This document shows, one piece after another, positions 1 to 13,945 of a DNA stretch of 64,000 nucleotides. The notes beneath the pieces are model-generated. The model was not told the origin of the DNA. It worked only from the letters and a program-made list of their open reading frames with translations, and searched no databases. The DNA comes from Eutreptiella sp. 'Long Island Sound 2002'. Taxonomy: Eukaryota > Protista > Euglenida. A program made the position numbers and the translations under genes. Position 1 is the first letter of the stretch. Each line of letters starts with the position of its first letter. Where the stretch lies: positions 25,296,001 through 25,360,000 of the forward strand of contig OZ038378.1 of NCBI GenBank assembly GCA_964036045.1, in the 5' to 3' direction.

Positions 1-51
1 GGGTCATCACGACCAACCATATCCCCATCAGGGCAAACACATTGTTTCTTA

Positions 52-1200
52 ATGGTAGAGAGATCAACAACTTGGCATGCACTAGCACCCCGCACCCCAA
101 CGTTGGAAGCCCCGTCCACTGTAAAAGTCACAACCCTCTTCGCCCACCAATCGCGGTCTCCAATCCAGGTCAGTAGGAAAGGTTCTAGGTGCTTTGTAAG
201 CTCCTGTGCATCACCGCACGCCACATCCCCCATACCAAGGAACCGTTCACACATGCCACCCGGGCCAGTCCCAGGGAAAACAAGCAGAATGGCATACTTA
301 TTTATGCGATGCCTTTGCTTGTCCGAGTCGTCAAGCAACAGTGCAATGAAGGGTGTCATATATAGGATGTTTGCTACATCATCTTGCATGGCATCATGCA
401 TTGCTGCAATAGCCTTCTCAACTATCCACCGCCATGAACCATGGTGCCCCGGGGCAGATGGCAATGAGCAATGAAGAAGAATCCGCTCACTTATGGCACG
501 GATGGACATGCATATCCGCGACCCAATACAAACCTCAACCAACCGCGACAAAATGGCTGCCTTAGCATCGGTCACTGGCACACCAATGTCCATGGCCTCT
601 CCCCCCTCATGAGCACAATGTTCCTTCCTACCACTTCAACTTTGGCAGCAGTGGGGCACAATGCATGATATCATTTAGCACAATCCTACCTAAAACTCTC
701 TTCGGCCAATCGGTGGTGGTGCCCTGGCCTCTGCAGATTCTTGCGTGGTGATGTTGTACAATGCGACAACCCTAAGTGGCTTTCCAACACCTCCCTCTGC
801 CATGTGTTCTGGCTAGAGGTCTTCATGCGCATCCCTTGGCCACATGTTCCCTCTACTAGGGCACTATTGGCCCTAGAGGGACGTGCCACCCCAGGCTTGC
901 CACACACATTAGCCCATGCACTCAACACCACCACATGTTGTAAACCGAAACCGCCAATGACCATCTACAAACGCTTGAAGGGTCTTTGGACCAATGTCGG
1001 GTTGCCTAGGAGCCGCCTGCATCAACATGCAAAACACTTCCTTCCCTGCTGCAACCAATGCAATGGACCGCACCCTGTCTTGCTCCACCGACCGTGCCAC
1101 GGACATTTGTGACACACCGTGCTCTGCATGCCGCTCATCCCACTCCTTTGCATGCTGTGCTCTAAGTTGCATCTGTTGTGCCTCCACACGCACTTGCAAA
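52..1200 (-). pseudogene. hAT-superfamily transposase relic
   Basis: Minus frame ~52-420 reads TPFIALLLDDSDK...YAILLVF...CERFLGM...KRVVTFTVDGASN. This matches the hAT RNase H-like core pattern (fsl.lDestD; eFLg; DGAs). The upstream part (VFCML...AFVDG..RF) is frameshifted and may be a zinc-finger remnant. Confidence 0.75.
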
Positions 1201-1659
1201 TGCGTGCTACTCGCACCTTGCGTTTTTGCAACGGCCGTGCTACCGCCTCAACAAATTCTGACGATGGCTGTGTCACACCAACTGACGTGATGTCTTGCTG
1301 GTTACTGCAAATATGAGGTAGCAGCGCCAAGGCTGCCACACACATGTCACTTGGCATACTCTGGGCATGCATATTCATGTTCCTGTCCCCGGCCCCTGAT
1401 GGACACTGCATTGCATGGGGGGGGGGGGGGGGCACCTGGTGTTAGCGCCATGGCTGGCACATAGGTGTCGGTAGCCATGCTCTAGTCATCCCCATTGTCC
1501 CGAAGGGCGGAAGCCCTTGTTTGTTGGGAGGCAAACCGTGACATGTGTGGTACCAACAGATTGGTTGGCTTGCGCTTGTACAACAAGAATGTCGCTCTTC
1601 GCTTGGTTGGTGGTGGGCTCGCCCCCTTCAGTGTGGTATCAGCAAGAGATTCATCCAAG

Positions 1660-3750
1660 GATTCACCGCATGGGCTAGACACTAGTGTAGAGGGGATGCA
1701 GTGAATCCTTGGAAGGTGTAGACCCTTCAAGGAGTCACCGCATGGGCTGTAGACTAGTCTAGAGGGATGCAGTGAATCCTTGGAGGGTATAGACCTCTAA
1801 GGATTCACCGCATGGGTTCTACGCTACTCTAGAAGGATGCGGTGAATCCTTGGTGGGTGTAGACCTTCCAAGGATTCACCGCATGGGCTGTACACTAGTT
1901 TAGAGAGGATGCGTTGAAACCTTGATCCTAGGATTCATCGCGTGGGCTGTACACTAGTCTACAGTGGATGCCATGAATCCTTGGCAGGTGTAGACCCTCG
2001 TAGGATTCATCGCATGGGTGTACACTAGTCTTGAGGGGATGCGATGGATGCTAGGGGGGTGTAGACCCTCGTAGGATTCATCGCATGGGCTGTACACTAG
2101 TTTAGAAGGGATGCGGTGAAACCTTGATCCTACGATTCATCGCGTGGGCTGTACACTAGTTCACAGGGGATGCGATGAATCCTAGGGGGGTGTAGACCCT
2201 CCTAGGATTCATCGCATGGGTGTACACTAGTCTTGATGTGATGCGATGGATCCTAGGGGGGTGTAGACCCTCCTAGGATTCATCGCATGGGCTGTACACT
2301 AGTTTAGAGAGGATGCGGTGAAACCTTGATCCTAGGATTGATCGCGTGGGCTGTACACCAGTCTAGAGGGGATGCGACGAATCCTTGGGGAGTGTAGACC
2401 CTCGTAGGATTCATCGCATGGGCTGTACACTAGTCCACAGGGGATGCGATGACTCCTAGGGGGGTGTAGACCCTCCTAGGATTCATCGCATGGGTGTACA
2501 CTAGTCTTGAGGGGATGCGATGGATCCTAGGGGGGTGTAGACCCTCCTAGGATTCATCGCATGGGCTGTACACTAGTCTAGAGGGGATGCGTTGAATCCT
2601 TGGGGGGTGTAGACCCTCCTAGGATTCATCGCATGGGCTGTACACTAGTCTAGAGGGGATGCGATGAATCCTTGGGGAGTGTAGACCCTCCTAGGATTCA
2701 TCGCATGGGCTGTACACTGTCTACAGTGTCTACAGTCTACAGTGGATGCGATGAATCCTTGGGGGGTGTAGACCCTCGTAGGATTCGTTGCATGGGTTGT
2801 ACACTAGTCCACGGGGGATGCGATGAATCCTAGGGGGGTGTAGACCCTCCTAGGATTCATCGCATGGGTGTACACTAGTCTTGAGGGGATGCGATGGATC
2901 CTAGGGGGGTGTAGACCCTCCTAGGATTCATCGCATGGGCTGTACACTAGTCTAGAGGGGATGCGATGAATCCTTGGGGAGTGTAGACCCTCCTAGGATT
3001 CATCGCATGGGCTGTACACTGTCTACAGTGTCTACAGTCTACAGTGGATGCGATGAATCCTTGGGGGGTGTAGACCCTCGTAGGATTCATCGCATGGGTT
3101 GTACACTAGTCCACAGGGGATGCGATGAATCCTAGGGGGGTGTAGACCCTCCTACGATTCATATCATGGGTGTACACTAGTCTTGAGGAGATGCGATGGA
3201 TCCTAGGGGGGTGTAGACCCTCCTAGGGTTCATCGCATGGGCTGTACACTAGTGTAGAGGGGATGCGATGAATCCTGGGGGCCGTAGACCCTGCTAGGAT
3301 TCATCCCGTGGGCTGAGCATTAGTCTAGAGGGGATGCGATGAATCCTTGGGGGGTGTAGACCCTCCTAGGATTTATCGCATGGGCTGTACACTAGTCTTG
3401 AGGGGATGCGATGAATGCTGGGGGGTGTAGACCCTCCTAAGATTCATCGCATCGGTTCTACACTAGTCTACAGTAGATGCGACGAATGCTAGGAGGGGTG
3501 CAACCCTCCGAGGATTCATCGCATGGGCTGTACACTAGTCTACAGTGGATGCGATGAATCCTGGGGGGGGTGTACACCCTCCTAGGATTCATTGCATGGG
3601 CTGTACACTAGTCCAAAGGGGACGCGACGAATCCTTGATGGGTGTAGACCCTTCAAGGATTCACCGCATGGGTTGTACACTAGTGTGGAGGACATGCACT
3701 GAATCCTTGGTGGCTGTAGAACCTCAAGGGATTCACCGCATGGGGTCTAC
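1660..3750. repeat. ~72-bp tandem minisatellite with internal hairpin (~28-30 units)
   Basis: The unit GTGTAGACCCTCCTAGGATTCATCGCATGGGCTGTACACTAGTCTAGAGGGGATGCGATGAATCCTTGGGG recurs (AGACC at 2611 and 2683). It contains the inverted pair GGATTCATCGCAT/ATGCGATGAATCC. A lone degenerate copy lies near 6420-6490. Confidence 0.95.
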
Positions 3751-5169
3751 TGCTGTACGAGGATACTAGCATAGTCACACATGCAGCAAAAGAAAAATCG
3801 CAATGTGCTGGTGGTGCAGAAGCGGTGGGAGTCATGCCAATGCACTTCAGAACGCCAGATGACATGCAACATGCTCGGGCTTTAGATCTACATACGCAGG
3901 ACATTTAGCAGCCAATAGCTGGATGTGGCCGTAGGGCCGCCCGCAACTGCCCACGGTCTGCCCATGGCAGCCAAGTCCCGTCCCAGCGGGATGTTGTGCG
4001 TGGACGCCTCGTCAACAAAGCTGAAGAGGAACCGAGTTTGTGGGTTCCCTAGAGCAGCCCCAAAAAGCAGCCTATGCCCGTTAGCAAACATCCCAGCGGT
4101 GGCAAACACCACACGGCAGCTATTAAGAGCATCGCTATGGTGCGCTTATAACCCGGGGTGTGCCCCACTCACTGTCCCACTCAAATGACCTAAGCTGAGG
4201 TGCGGCAGCAGCCCATTGGGCACGTAGGCGCAACCAGGGTGCCGGATGGTCGGCGAGCACCTGGTAGCGGAACATGTCATCACTGTAACACTCCTCATGC
4301 ACCCGTTGCAGCAAGTTGTGTACTTTTGCACCGGTGGATGCCGTCACCAACACGCATGAACGTGGGGGGTTGTCACCCTCAGGACCGCTCACCCTCTTGC
4401 CCTGATTGATGGTGCCAGGGTTAACAGGATCTGAGTTCTGGGCAACAACGTAGCCTTGCTGCCATAGCACGGCTTTGATGCATGCCACTAGAGTCTCCCA
4501 GCACCTCCGGTCATTGTTGTGATGCATGACTTGTCCGGTACTTGACATACAGCCAAAGCCTGCGAATTGTTCAAGCAGTGGCGTTCGACCAGGTGGTTAA
4601 GGATCTGCCGCTCGCAATCTCACAAGGGAGGCAGGTCCTTTGGTTCAGCCCGGATGTTTGCCTACAATTTGGACCATTTGGCACCTTGCTGGATTTCGTT
4701 ACACAAGTTGCAACAGGTAGCGGAGTCAGGGACAACCATGCACCAATACCCGCCGCTGAAATCGCCTTTTGCGTAGTAGTAGCACCGATCCACACATTGT
4801 CATCAGAGATGCCACCACCATGAACCCTTGCCTAGAAGTCCGGTTTCGAAGCGACCCAAGGCTCCGTGGCAACCCAGCCGTGCACCATGTCACCATCATT
4901 GAGCTCATATTGCCCCCCACCTGCAATCGTGAGGCCTAGTACGCTTGGGTGGGCACGTTCCCATCACCATCAAGATGAGGCCACCATCGCTCGAAGTCAA
5001 GGATCCTTTCTCTGCCGTTGTCTTGTGCGCATTGGGCAGCGGCAACCATCTCATGGACAGTGTAGACCTCCAATGCCTTGGCCACGAACCTGTAACAGTC
5101 AAGCCAAGATTGGGTAAACCTTGACACAACATTGTCATCGGGCCCATAATCCAGGGCATTCTATGTGCA

Positions 5170-5720
5170 GCTGCTGTCCAAGGCCATTGGGGGCTGTGCG
5201 GCCAAGTCCACCGGCAGCGAGGCCGGAACTTGGACAGATGGCTGCTGTTCAGGGGCACACAGTGGTTGTGGTGAGGGTTGACCACCCGGTGCTATGGCCG
5301 AGTCAACCGGCGCCATAGCCAAGAGTTTGACAGATGGGTGCGGTTTAGGGGCACGCAGTGCGTGTGATGAGGGGGGAGCACCCTCTGGTGCAGCCGAGTC
5401 AACCGGCGCCGGGGCCACCACTTGGACAGATTGCTGCGGCTTAGGGGCACGCAGTGGTTGTGATGAGGGTTGAGCACCTATGGTGCGCCCAAGTCAACCG
5501 GCTCCAGGGCCGAAACAGGGGCAGACGACTGCGGCTCGGGGGCACGCAGTGGTTGTGCAGGGGGTTGCGCACCCTGTGGTGCGCCCGAGTAAACCGGCAA
5601 GAGGGCCGGAATAGGGGCTGACTGCTGGGGCTTAGGGGCACGCATCGATGATGACGATGATGATGAGGGTTGATCACCCTGTTGTGCGAATAAGTCAACC
5701 GACGTAGGGAGCATGACGAA
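5170..5720 (-). repeat. Degenerate ~100-bp tandem repeats with Pro/Ala-rich coding potential
   Basis: GGGCACGCAGTGGTTGTG and GTCAACCGGC motifs recur. Minus frames give repeated PVD.A.P...P.P..LRAP peptides broken by frameshifts. Confidence 0.6.
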
Positions 5721-6589
5721 AGCCACACCACCGGGTGGTGGCGCAACATGCTGTGGCTTTTTCCCCCATTTGGTGGCGTTGGGGATTCGGGAATCCAAGG
5801 CCTTGACCAGGAGTGAGTGGCTGAGACGAAGTTTGGTCGACGCCCGCAAGAGCTGGGAATGGAATTGAGTGCTCCGGCTCGAGGGGCACAGAGTGGCTCA
5901 TATATGTATGGTCGCTTAGCGCTAGGGCTTGGACCACAACCAACTGATGCGGCTCAGAGGCACACACTAATGAAACTAGAAGCGTGGGGAGAGGGTCAGT
6001 TCTGTGGCCTACAACGCTAGGGTCGAGGCCGCAGACCAAAAATCTACACTTCGGAGGTCTAGTGAGGCAAATACAACTGTTCAGTATAGAAAAACACGGA
6101 GGAGTGGCATGGAGGCATGGAATGGCAGTTGACAGCACATAGCACTACATGGTCCATGTGCGCTTTGACATTTCCCGGCCCTTGGGGAAACAGACGTGTG
6201 CATGGCGAAGGATGCCAACCACAGCAGCCACGGCGCCAAGGCTGAGCCTATAAGCAAGTTTTGCTGCCTCAAGGCTGAGCATCACAGGCAGACATGCAAC
6301 ATACATTCACAACACTCATGAACCAATGCACCGCCCCTTCTCATATTTTATGTTGTAGCTCCCAAAAATAGGGCCCTGTGAGACTTTTTCGAGAACAAGA
6401 GCAGGGGCTCATTGAAGGGCATACACCCATCCATGATTCACTGCATGGGGTCTACACTAGTGTACAAGGGTTGCCGTGAATCCTTAAAGGGTGTCATCCT
6501 CTATGGCGACTAACGATAGAGACAACCTATAGACAGGACGATGTTGTCTTGGACAAGCATGTCATGATTGAGTCCCAGCAGGAAAATGT

Positions 6590-7760
6590 GTCTTCTCAAG
6601 GGGATGTTGGTACGAAACAGGGCCTAAGAAAAATATCTCTGCAGGGATCTGTGCCTTTGCACGAACCCAACACCAGCAACCCATCCCCACAGGGTGCCTA
6701 TACACGTCCAATAAGAATCCTTGAAGGGGATGCAACTGGGGTGGGGAACGTGAACCATTTCACCTACAGTCACAGCGTCACAGCTCACACTTCGGACTGG
6801 CTATACTGCCTCAAGGGTTAGCATCATGACCAATGCAAATGGTATCAATGGAATTGGGATTCACAAATAAAAACGTCATGGTAACAACAAGGACACCAAA
6901 CAAATGCGACAAATGGTGACAGACATATTTTCCATTTCTGGTTTGCCGTGTTTTTCTGGACAGGCCACAAGACATATTTTTTTCTTTGAACCTGAATTTA
7001 CTTGGTTGAATGGTGCCTCATGTGCTTTACGTGCTTTGCTTTCCTTTGCAGTCGATGTTTGTCTTTACATAGAAAGAGAAACGAATTGGAAAACACCACC
7101 TTCCCCCTCCTACTTGCATGAGCATTTCCAGAATGGTGCCACCCCTTTGAGATGTAAAATTTTGACACACAACAGAGCCCCTTCTCACATGTCTTGTTTT
7201 TGTGAATGAAGGTCGGATACACCTGGTGAGAAGTGATTTGAACCCCTCACGGACATCCCTATCGGTGGAAATGGAGTTTTGAAGCTGCCGCTATGAGGCA
7301 CTTAGAGGATGTGGTGGAGACTGGACCTGTCTCCCTGCTGATGGCGCGGCCCTTCTCAGCGCACGAAACACTGTGTCTCCCTATTGTGCAGTGCATTTAT
7401 GTGCTGAAGGATCCGCAAGGGGACGGGTAATGCTCAGTGCACAAAACGGTGCGTTTTTTGACCTCCGGGCCGACACAAAACAGGACCTAAGAAAAAGGTA
7501 CCTGTTGGGGTTTGTGGCATGGTACAAACCCAACATCCGCAGAGCACCCTACAGGGTGCACAAATGAATTGGATCATCACGGAAGGGGTTGCAAAGAACA
7601 CAACATGCAAAAAAAGGCAAATGGGTGGGCACATGCCACCTACACTCCACCTACAGCCACAACGTCACAACGGAGACTGGAGGCTGGCTATGCTCCCTCA
7701 AGCGTCAGCATCATGACCAATGCGAATTGTATCAATGGAATTCGAATTCACAAATAATAA
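6590..7760 (+). repeat. Diverged direct duplication (~6590-6870 vs ~7470-7760) with Cys/His-containing peptide
   Basis: TKQGLRK...YSHSVT..WLYCLKG*HHDQCKWYQW aligns with TKQDLRK...YSHNVT..WLCSLKRQHHDQCELYQW. Confidence 0.65.
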
Positions 7761-8879
7761 GGTCATGGGAACCGCAGGAACATCAAACAAACGAGACATA
7801 TGTTCACACACATTTTTTCCGGACACGCCACATGACGTATTACATCCCAAAGGGGCGGTGAGGCTTTTCCATATGTTAATACGCCGGGGAGGAGGAGGGT
7901 GGTGTTTTCTGATTCTTTTCCCATTCTACATGAAGGCAAACATGAACATGCAAGGAATGCGAAGCACGCAAGGCACTGAGGACACCTCTAAACAAAATAA
8001 TTACTATAAATAAATGGTGCATTCAATTCTTGCAAATAAACACACAGCAGAGAGAGGGGGGTCTTTACCAAATCATTCTTCATGCTCCATTCAAATAAAC
8101 ACACAACACAATTTGCGCGGGGTGGGGTGTAGAAGAGAACTCATGAGTGGGGGGCTAGACTAGGGAAGGGCCAACCGGGGGGGGGGGTGCAAACCAATGT
8201 TGGGGGGGGGGGCATTACATTGGGGGTGTCCAAATGTGGGTTGTAGGGGGGGGGGGGTTGCATCATGGGGGAGGGGGGCTTATGGGTGCATATTGGCGGT
8301 CCATAAAAGTTTGATGTCTGATGTCTCATGGCCATCTTGGTTGCCATGCAGTATCCTCTTGGACATGAGTTTTGAACGGGGGGTTCCGCTTTTCCGTTGG
8401 AACGGAACTACACATGCACACACTCCTATACTTCCTAACAAACCACGCGCTGTGCGCCACGGTCTAGTGGAGCGAGAAAATCGCCTTCCAATTCACGAGG
8501 TGGCATAACACACCAAGCGGTTTGGATGTGGTGGTCTCCACACGCCACCTTCGACTTGCTCAAGAATGTCTTTTTGCGCCACAATGTGTGCATGTCAGTC
8601 ACACTCTTGATGATGCTAAAAACCAATCTTGTGCACCTTAACATTTTTTACCTCCACAGTGCCGTTCGGGTGAAACACCTTCACCACCTGCACCACACGC
8701 TTTTGATACTCTGTTGTCTCAGGGAAAACTTCGGCTAACATAACGTCAACTATATATATTTTTGTAGGTTAGAGGGGGACGCGGGCAGCCAAGGGTGCAT
8801 GTGCAGCTTGTTGCATAATGTCCGGCGCACTTGTTGCATGTGTCCTTTGACCCACCGCGCATCCCCTCTGTAGCCCATG

Positions 8880-9450
8880 CTCACAAGTCACTGGCTACTC
8901 GCTTGGAAATTGCATTGCAAAGCTGTGCACCACAAAGTGCATCATCCCACCCGCGACTGTGGTGAACCACAACAACTCCGGCGGAGGTGTTCGTTGGCGT
9001 GTGGCCCAACGAGTCCTGTGCAGCAGGTGGTCGGCGCTGATGATCGCGTGTGACTGTGTAGCATGGATGAATGGCTAGGTGGCGTACGTTGAAGCCAACA
9101 CCAACACAGTACTTGACAACCCACAAACAATACGATTTGAATGATTTCTCACCGGGGTTGAAAAGGGGATGCAGGCTAGTAACTACGGCTCTGCGTCGAA
9201 GTGTTGCACCTTTGAGCACGGACATACCTCACAATTGCATAACATTGTGACCCCGCTACCCCGATGGGGGGCATTCTTCGGTTCATTGGGGCGAACGAAA
9301 AAGGTTACGTGTTGCACTAATGCTAGGCGCTCGGCCTTTGCCTCGTGCTTTAGCATCGCAAAAACTTTGCGTGTCAGCCGGAGCACATTACCCTCAAACC
9401 TTTCTACAAGGTCCTCCGTGTTGGAATATACGTTTGTGGATTTGAAGTCC
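8880..9450 (-). pseudogene. Internally deleted family-A (RAG1/Transib-like) transposase relic
   Basis: EDLVERFEGNVLRLTRKVFAMLKHEAKAERLALVQ matches EDVVARFEADVLRHCRKPYALLKPEAHAERIAMVQ of ORF 54781-55626. LCNAISKRVASDL matches LCNAIVKRLGSDL at ~54.6 kb. Confidence 0.75.
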
Positions 9451-10949
9451 GCCAGGAAGGGTACACATAAAGGTCTTGCATATTAACAAGTCCACGGGAA
9501 AGTATCTTCAGGGATGGGGCCCTCACTGGGGAGTGGTTGCTGACCTACGTTGATGACCATACATACTAACTTGGAAGGCGCTCCTGAATGGGGTTATTGA
9601 TTGGACTTGCTCATTGGGCATATCAGGCTGATAACTCTTCCTCGCCTACTTTCTTAACTACTTCCAATTGGGCTGATTTCCGGCATGGGGGGGGGGGGGG
9701 ATGGCCTGGGTGCGCCAGGGCTGCCTCTCTCACATTGCACCACACCAACACAACCCTATTGCACTCTCCACCACAATGATGTGCCGGGTCGATTGTGCTT
9801 CAGTCTCCGTGCCTTCCAATGAATGATGAAGCAAAATACAACATCAAACAGGTGCCTTTCCCTTCTGTGAAATACTAATGATGGCAGCCCACAACTGCCA
9901 AACAACAGGGGGAACAACGTTTCTCTTGTACGAAAGGAGAGGTGTGATCATAGCAGGTTCAAGGTCATAACTCACCGGCCTCGCTGCCCTCGCTTCGCAC
10001 CTTTTGGTCCGCGCAAATGCCGCCTTGCCATGCGTACCAGTCGCTTTGCACCACGCCGCCGCAAGAAACGTGATTGCACGGGGCCTACACGTGGCACACC
10101 GTAAAATGTGCGCACCGCCATTTAGCGGACTGTTGATAGCCTCCGCCGAAGCAGGTTAACTTGGTCTACTTTGGCACACCTGTTTTGGACGGAGAGGAAA
10201 CAATATTCTACGAGTGCAAATAGCAGCTACACTCCGATTGGGATTGGAACTTTTATGTATGTGCATTCATCGGTGCCTTAAGCCGTTCGACATGCATGTT
10301 TGCCTTGACGTGCCCCGCGCATGCACTAGCTATCTCAATGTGTAGCCGCTCATTCTCCGCTATTAATTGCGCCACTTGACCTACCCATTGTGCATACTTG
10401 TCCGACCGTTACATATACCCGGTGTATTCAAGGTCCCCAATACCCTGCAATTGCACAGTTTTGTCCTAAAGGGTCTTGTTGTCAACTTGCAGCCACGTAA
10501 CGTTGGCCTGGAGCACGTGGGTTTCAGCACTCCACAAACAGCTTGCCTACGCGCCAGCAGCCGCACAGGAAAATGCATATGCAAGCTTGTCCACAACCTT
10601 GTCAGTGTCGCAGCAATCGCCTGCACCAACATCAATCCGGGCCCTTGCACCCCAACTCCTTCTTCGGCCTCTTCTGTTGCGGCCCCTATTAATCCCCGCA
10701 GCCCTCCTCTACTTTGGAGGGAGTACGACCACCAAGGATCCCCTTCTCCTTTCCACCAACGTACTGGACATCCTTCTGGTCCATGTACCGTACAGCCGCA
10801 GGGGGTGTGCTGTCAGTGCCAATCCGGACCACCGCATGCAGGCATGTAGCGCCCTTCCGGGCAGCCAACCCGTTTTCATACGGGACGTGCTCATTATTGG
10901 TACTACTGGGGCCGACATACACCGTGTACGTCCAAGTGTGCGCCGCCTC

Positions 10950-13600
10950 ACAATCCCTCGAAACCACAACCGCTAGTAGATTGACGTGCAACAACTAGAT
11001 CGGGGGAACCTCTTGTGCCTTGGACTTGCACCTCAGCGTTGTAGTCGAGAACCTCCATGTGTTGCCCTAACCCATGACGGCATCCGCCACAGTGTCAACC
11101 ATGAGCAGGGCTTGCGATGGAGTATTTCAATACTTGTCCAATCCATCCCCGATCCCCCGGAGCACCGTGCTAGGGCGCATCTCTCTTTGTGGGGTGTCCT
11201 CGAATTCGCAAATCGGGTTACTGCCAGCCCATGGCGAAGTGCAACACAGCACCCGAGGTACATTGTGGCCTGCAAAGAAAGACATATGTGCAACACAGGC
11301 CGGTCACGCAAGGAGGAAGTGCCATGTGCAGATTGTTACCGGTCTACAACACCAATTAGCATTCATAATCTGCATGGTGTTCCTGGTTTGCATCCTCCTC
11401 GTAAACAAACATCTTGATGAAGAATCTTGATCCGCAACAGCTTGTTGATTTGGCATCCTGACCAAGGATCCTGATCTGCAACATGTTCCTTAGGAGGATT
11501 CCTGGCAGGGATCCGGACTACAAACAAAACAGTGCGTTGCGCATGCCTGTGCACATTTTCACACCTGTCCGCAGCGACAAAGCTACACCACCTCCTTCGG
11601 CAACTGTGCCAGCCATCCGCACGTTAGGGCTATGTTGGGGTCCGGAATGGGAGTGTCCACAAAAGGCATATCCGACGGCCATACAACAGCTTGTTCACCA
11701 CGTCTAGGTACCGTTGCAATCCCCGCAAAGCTCGCGCAGGGCCATTACTTCAGACGGTTGACAGCCCAGGACCGTCCAATTGGTGTCAGTTGGGGCCGAC
11801 TGGTGTTCTCCCTCGTGAACCCGTTCCCGAACGGGGTACTCTGCTCCGGCTGCCAGCAACAAGCTCGGGTCGACGGGTCACGGATCTGGTGGAGCCATGT
11901 CCAGCTATACATCAGAACGTTATTGGTGTCCTCTGTACCCACGCCAAATCCACCAAAGCCCCTATTCACAATGACCAACAACAAACCCGGGGGTGTGACC
12001 AGCAAACAATGGTGCTCTGGTCTTGGCCATGGCAACCACTCACTCTCATGTACGAGCGCCGACAGTGGGCGGTCCTGCGGCCTCCGGGTCGTGTCTTGGT
12101 CGATGACTTGCGGTGTTGTTGCTCCTTCACAATGGCTCGTGCACAGGGTTGTCCAAGGCGCATGATTCGAGCAGATCACCATGTGTTGTAGCGGAGGCAC
12201 TGAATTTCCATCGCTTGCTGCAACCTCGCCTAGATCTCTTGCCGCATCCTCCACTGCAGACCACTGTGTTCTCGGCAAAGGGCTTGTACACCACCACCTA
12301 AATACCTCTCGGCAATGGGCTTCTGGCGGCATCCAACGACTCCACAAGTCACCTTGGTCTTAAATGCCCACAATGGAGGCGTGATGTGGTGGGTGGTGGC
12401 ATAGGACACGGTGCGTGTGGACAGCCCGCAAAATCCAATGATACCGCTCGACCCCGGCTCGGCATTCAACGGTAGAGCTCCTCCATCATGGATACGCGTA
12501 GAGAAGATGACCCGCAGAGGACCCCTCTTAATTGGCATGCAATGGACAATCCAAGGCCGAGGGAAGGCACGGGCGGACATGGCAACTACCTAGGCACATA
12601 CGTCATCATCAGGGATACCCATTGAGGCGGCCCGAAAGACAGAAAGCGTGACACCAACGGCCGGGAGTGAGGCTGCACGACAGTCACGAAGAGGAAGCTG
12701 ACGTTCCGGCGTGATGCTCTCGATGTAGCCCTGTGTCATCACATACTGGCGCTTCCAAATGATTCTTTCAAGTGTCGCCTTCACACGGTTCACCGTGAGG
12801 GTCAAGCACGGCAAAGTCTACGGCCGGATGTGATGCTACCCCTCCAAATGCCGCGACATGTCTAGCGGTTTCTCCAACATCATCTTGCCGTCCGGTGGGT
12901 CCTCGGTTCGGCCAGCGGCCACGCGGTTGTGGTTGAAGGTGCGAGCCTAGTGATCTTGTGCAATAACGAAAGCCTTTTTGTGGGCGTCCTCCACTTCCCG
13001 CGGTGTCCAAAAGGTGCGCTGCAAGAGGTGCTGTGCCGTAGGGAGCTGGGTACAATCGCTGTTAATGGGGCATTTTGCTACAACCTCCCGAACCGGATCA
13101 TTCTAGGCAAGGAACGGAGGTGTGGCGTTCAACGGCAGAGGCAACAGGCCCTGGGCGGCGTACGCACTCGGGACCGTCAACTTGGGCCCTTCCCCATCCC
13201 ACTCCCATTGGGAACGGGAGGGCAGACAAATGAGGAGGGTCTCCTCCCCGGAATGCCGGGGGTCGAAGAGGAACAACTTCCCCTTGGCGGCGTCCTTGTG
13301 CCAAGCGTCCTTGCTGAAGGTGGCGGGCTTGGGCTTGATGGAGCCCAAGCGGAGGCTAGTGGGGGGGAGGGGGGGTCGGCATCCACCGGATGGGCAGCCA
13401 TGTAGTGGTTGTGGATGCAGACGTGCTCCCTCGGCATGCGGGTGGCCAGCGACTCAAAAAAGGACCCATAGTCCCTAGGGGTGGGCCGCAGGTGGAGGGC
13501 GGTGATGGTGGGTTTGCGGCCCGCCGTCTCCGTTATGAGGTTAGACAGCACACAGGGGTCCCGGTCGCGAAGGATGGACTTGGTGATACACACCGGCTAA
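10950..13600 (-). pseudogene. Highly decayed probable DNA-transposase relic (homologous to 42600-42960)
   Basis: WPRPEHHCLLVTPPGLLLVIVN and MAPPDP.PVDPSLLLAAGA at 11.87-12.04 kb match WPRSEHHALLVTPPGSILVVVN and MAPPEPRPVDPSLLMAAGA at 42.8-42.96 kb. Transposase identity is inferred only from weak motifs and the adjacent GGAAGG array. Confidence 0.4.
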
Positions 13601-13784
13601 ATGATGGTACCGGCTGGCCAAGTCAAGGCGGTAGCGGTAGCAGCGACAGTGTCGCGAAAGGCCTAGCCGTCGGGAAGGGAGCAACCAGCTGTGCCCGTGG
13701 AGATTGCGACAGCCTTGACCCAACCAGTGGCGAAAGGACGGTCGGACGTGGCGACAGAAAAGACAACTTGCATGCATAGGAAGG

Positions 13785-13945
13785 GTCATAGGAAGGGGGG
13801 TTCCCGGGTAGGAAGGGGGCAGTTCCCAGGCACGAAGGGGTCCAACAAGGGTCTAGGAAGGGGTATTCCTACTAGGAAGGGGGCTAGCAAGGGTCTAGGA
13901 AGGGTCTAGGAAGGGATTCCTGGGGGGGTTCCTGCCCAAAAAAAA
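13785..13945. repeat. GGAAGGG-rich array (family shared with 31.9, 40.3 and 42.3 kb)
   Basis: TAGGAAGGG/CTAGGAAGGGT repeats. GGAAGGGTCATAGGAA is shared with 40368-40383 and, reverse-complemented, with ~32035-32050. Confidence 0.8.

Noticed and set aside
7225-7330. tRNA/SINE-like GGTTCAAATC box on the minus strand (similar motif near 14065)
   Set aside because: No convincing cloverleaf or A-box could be folded.
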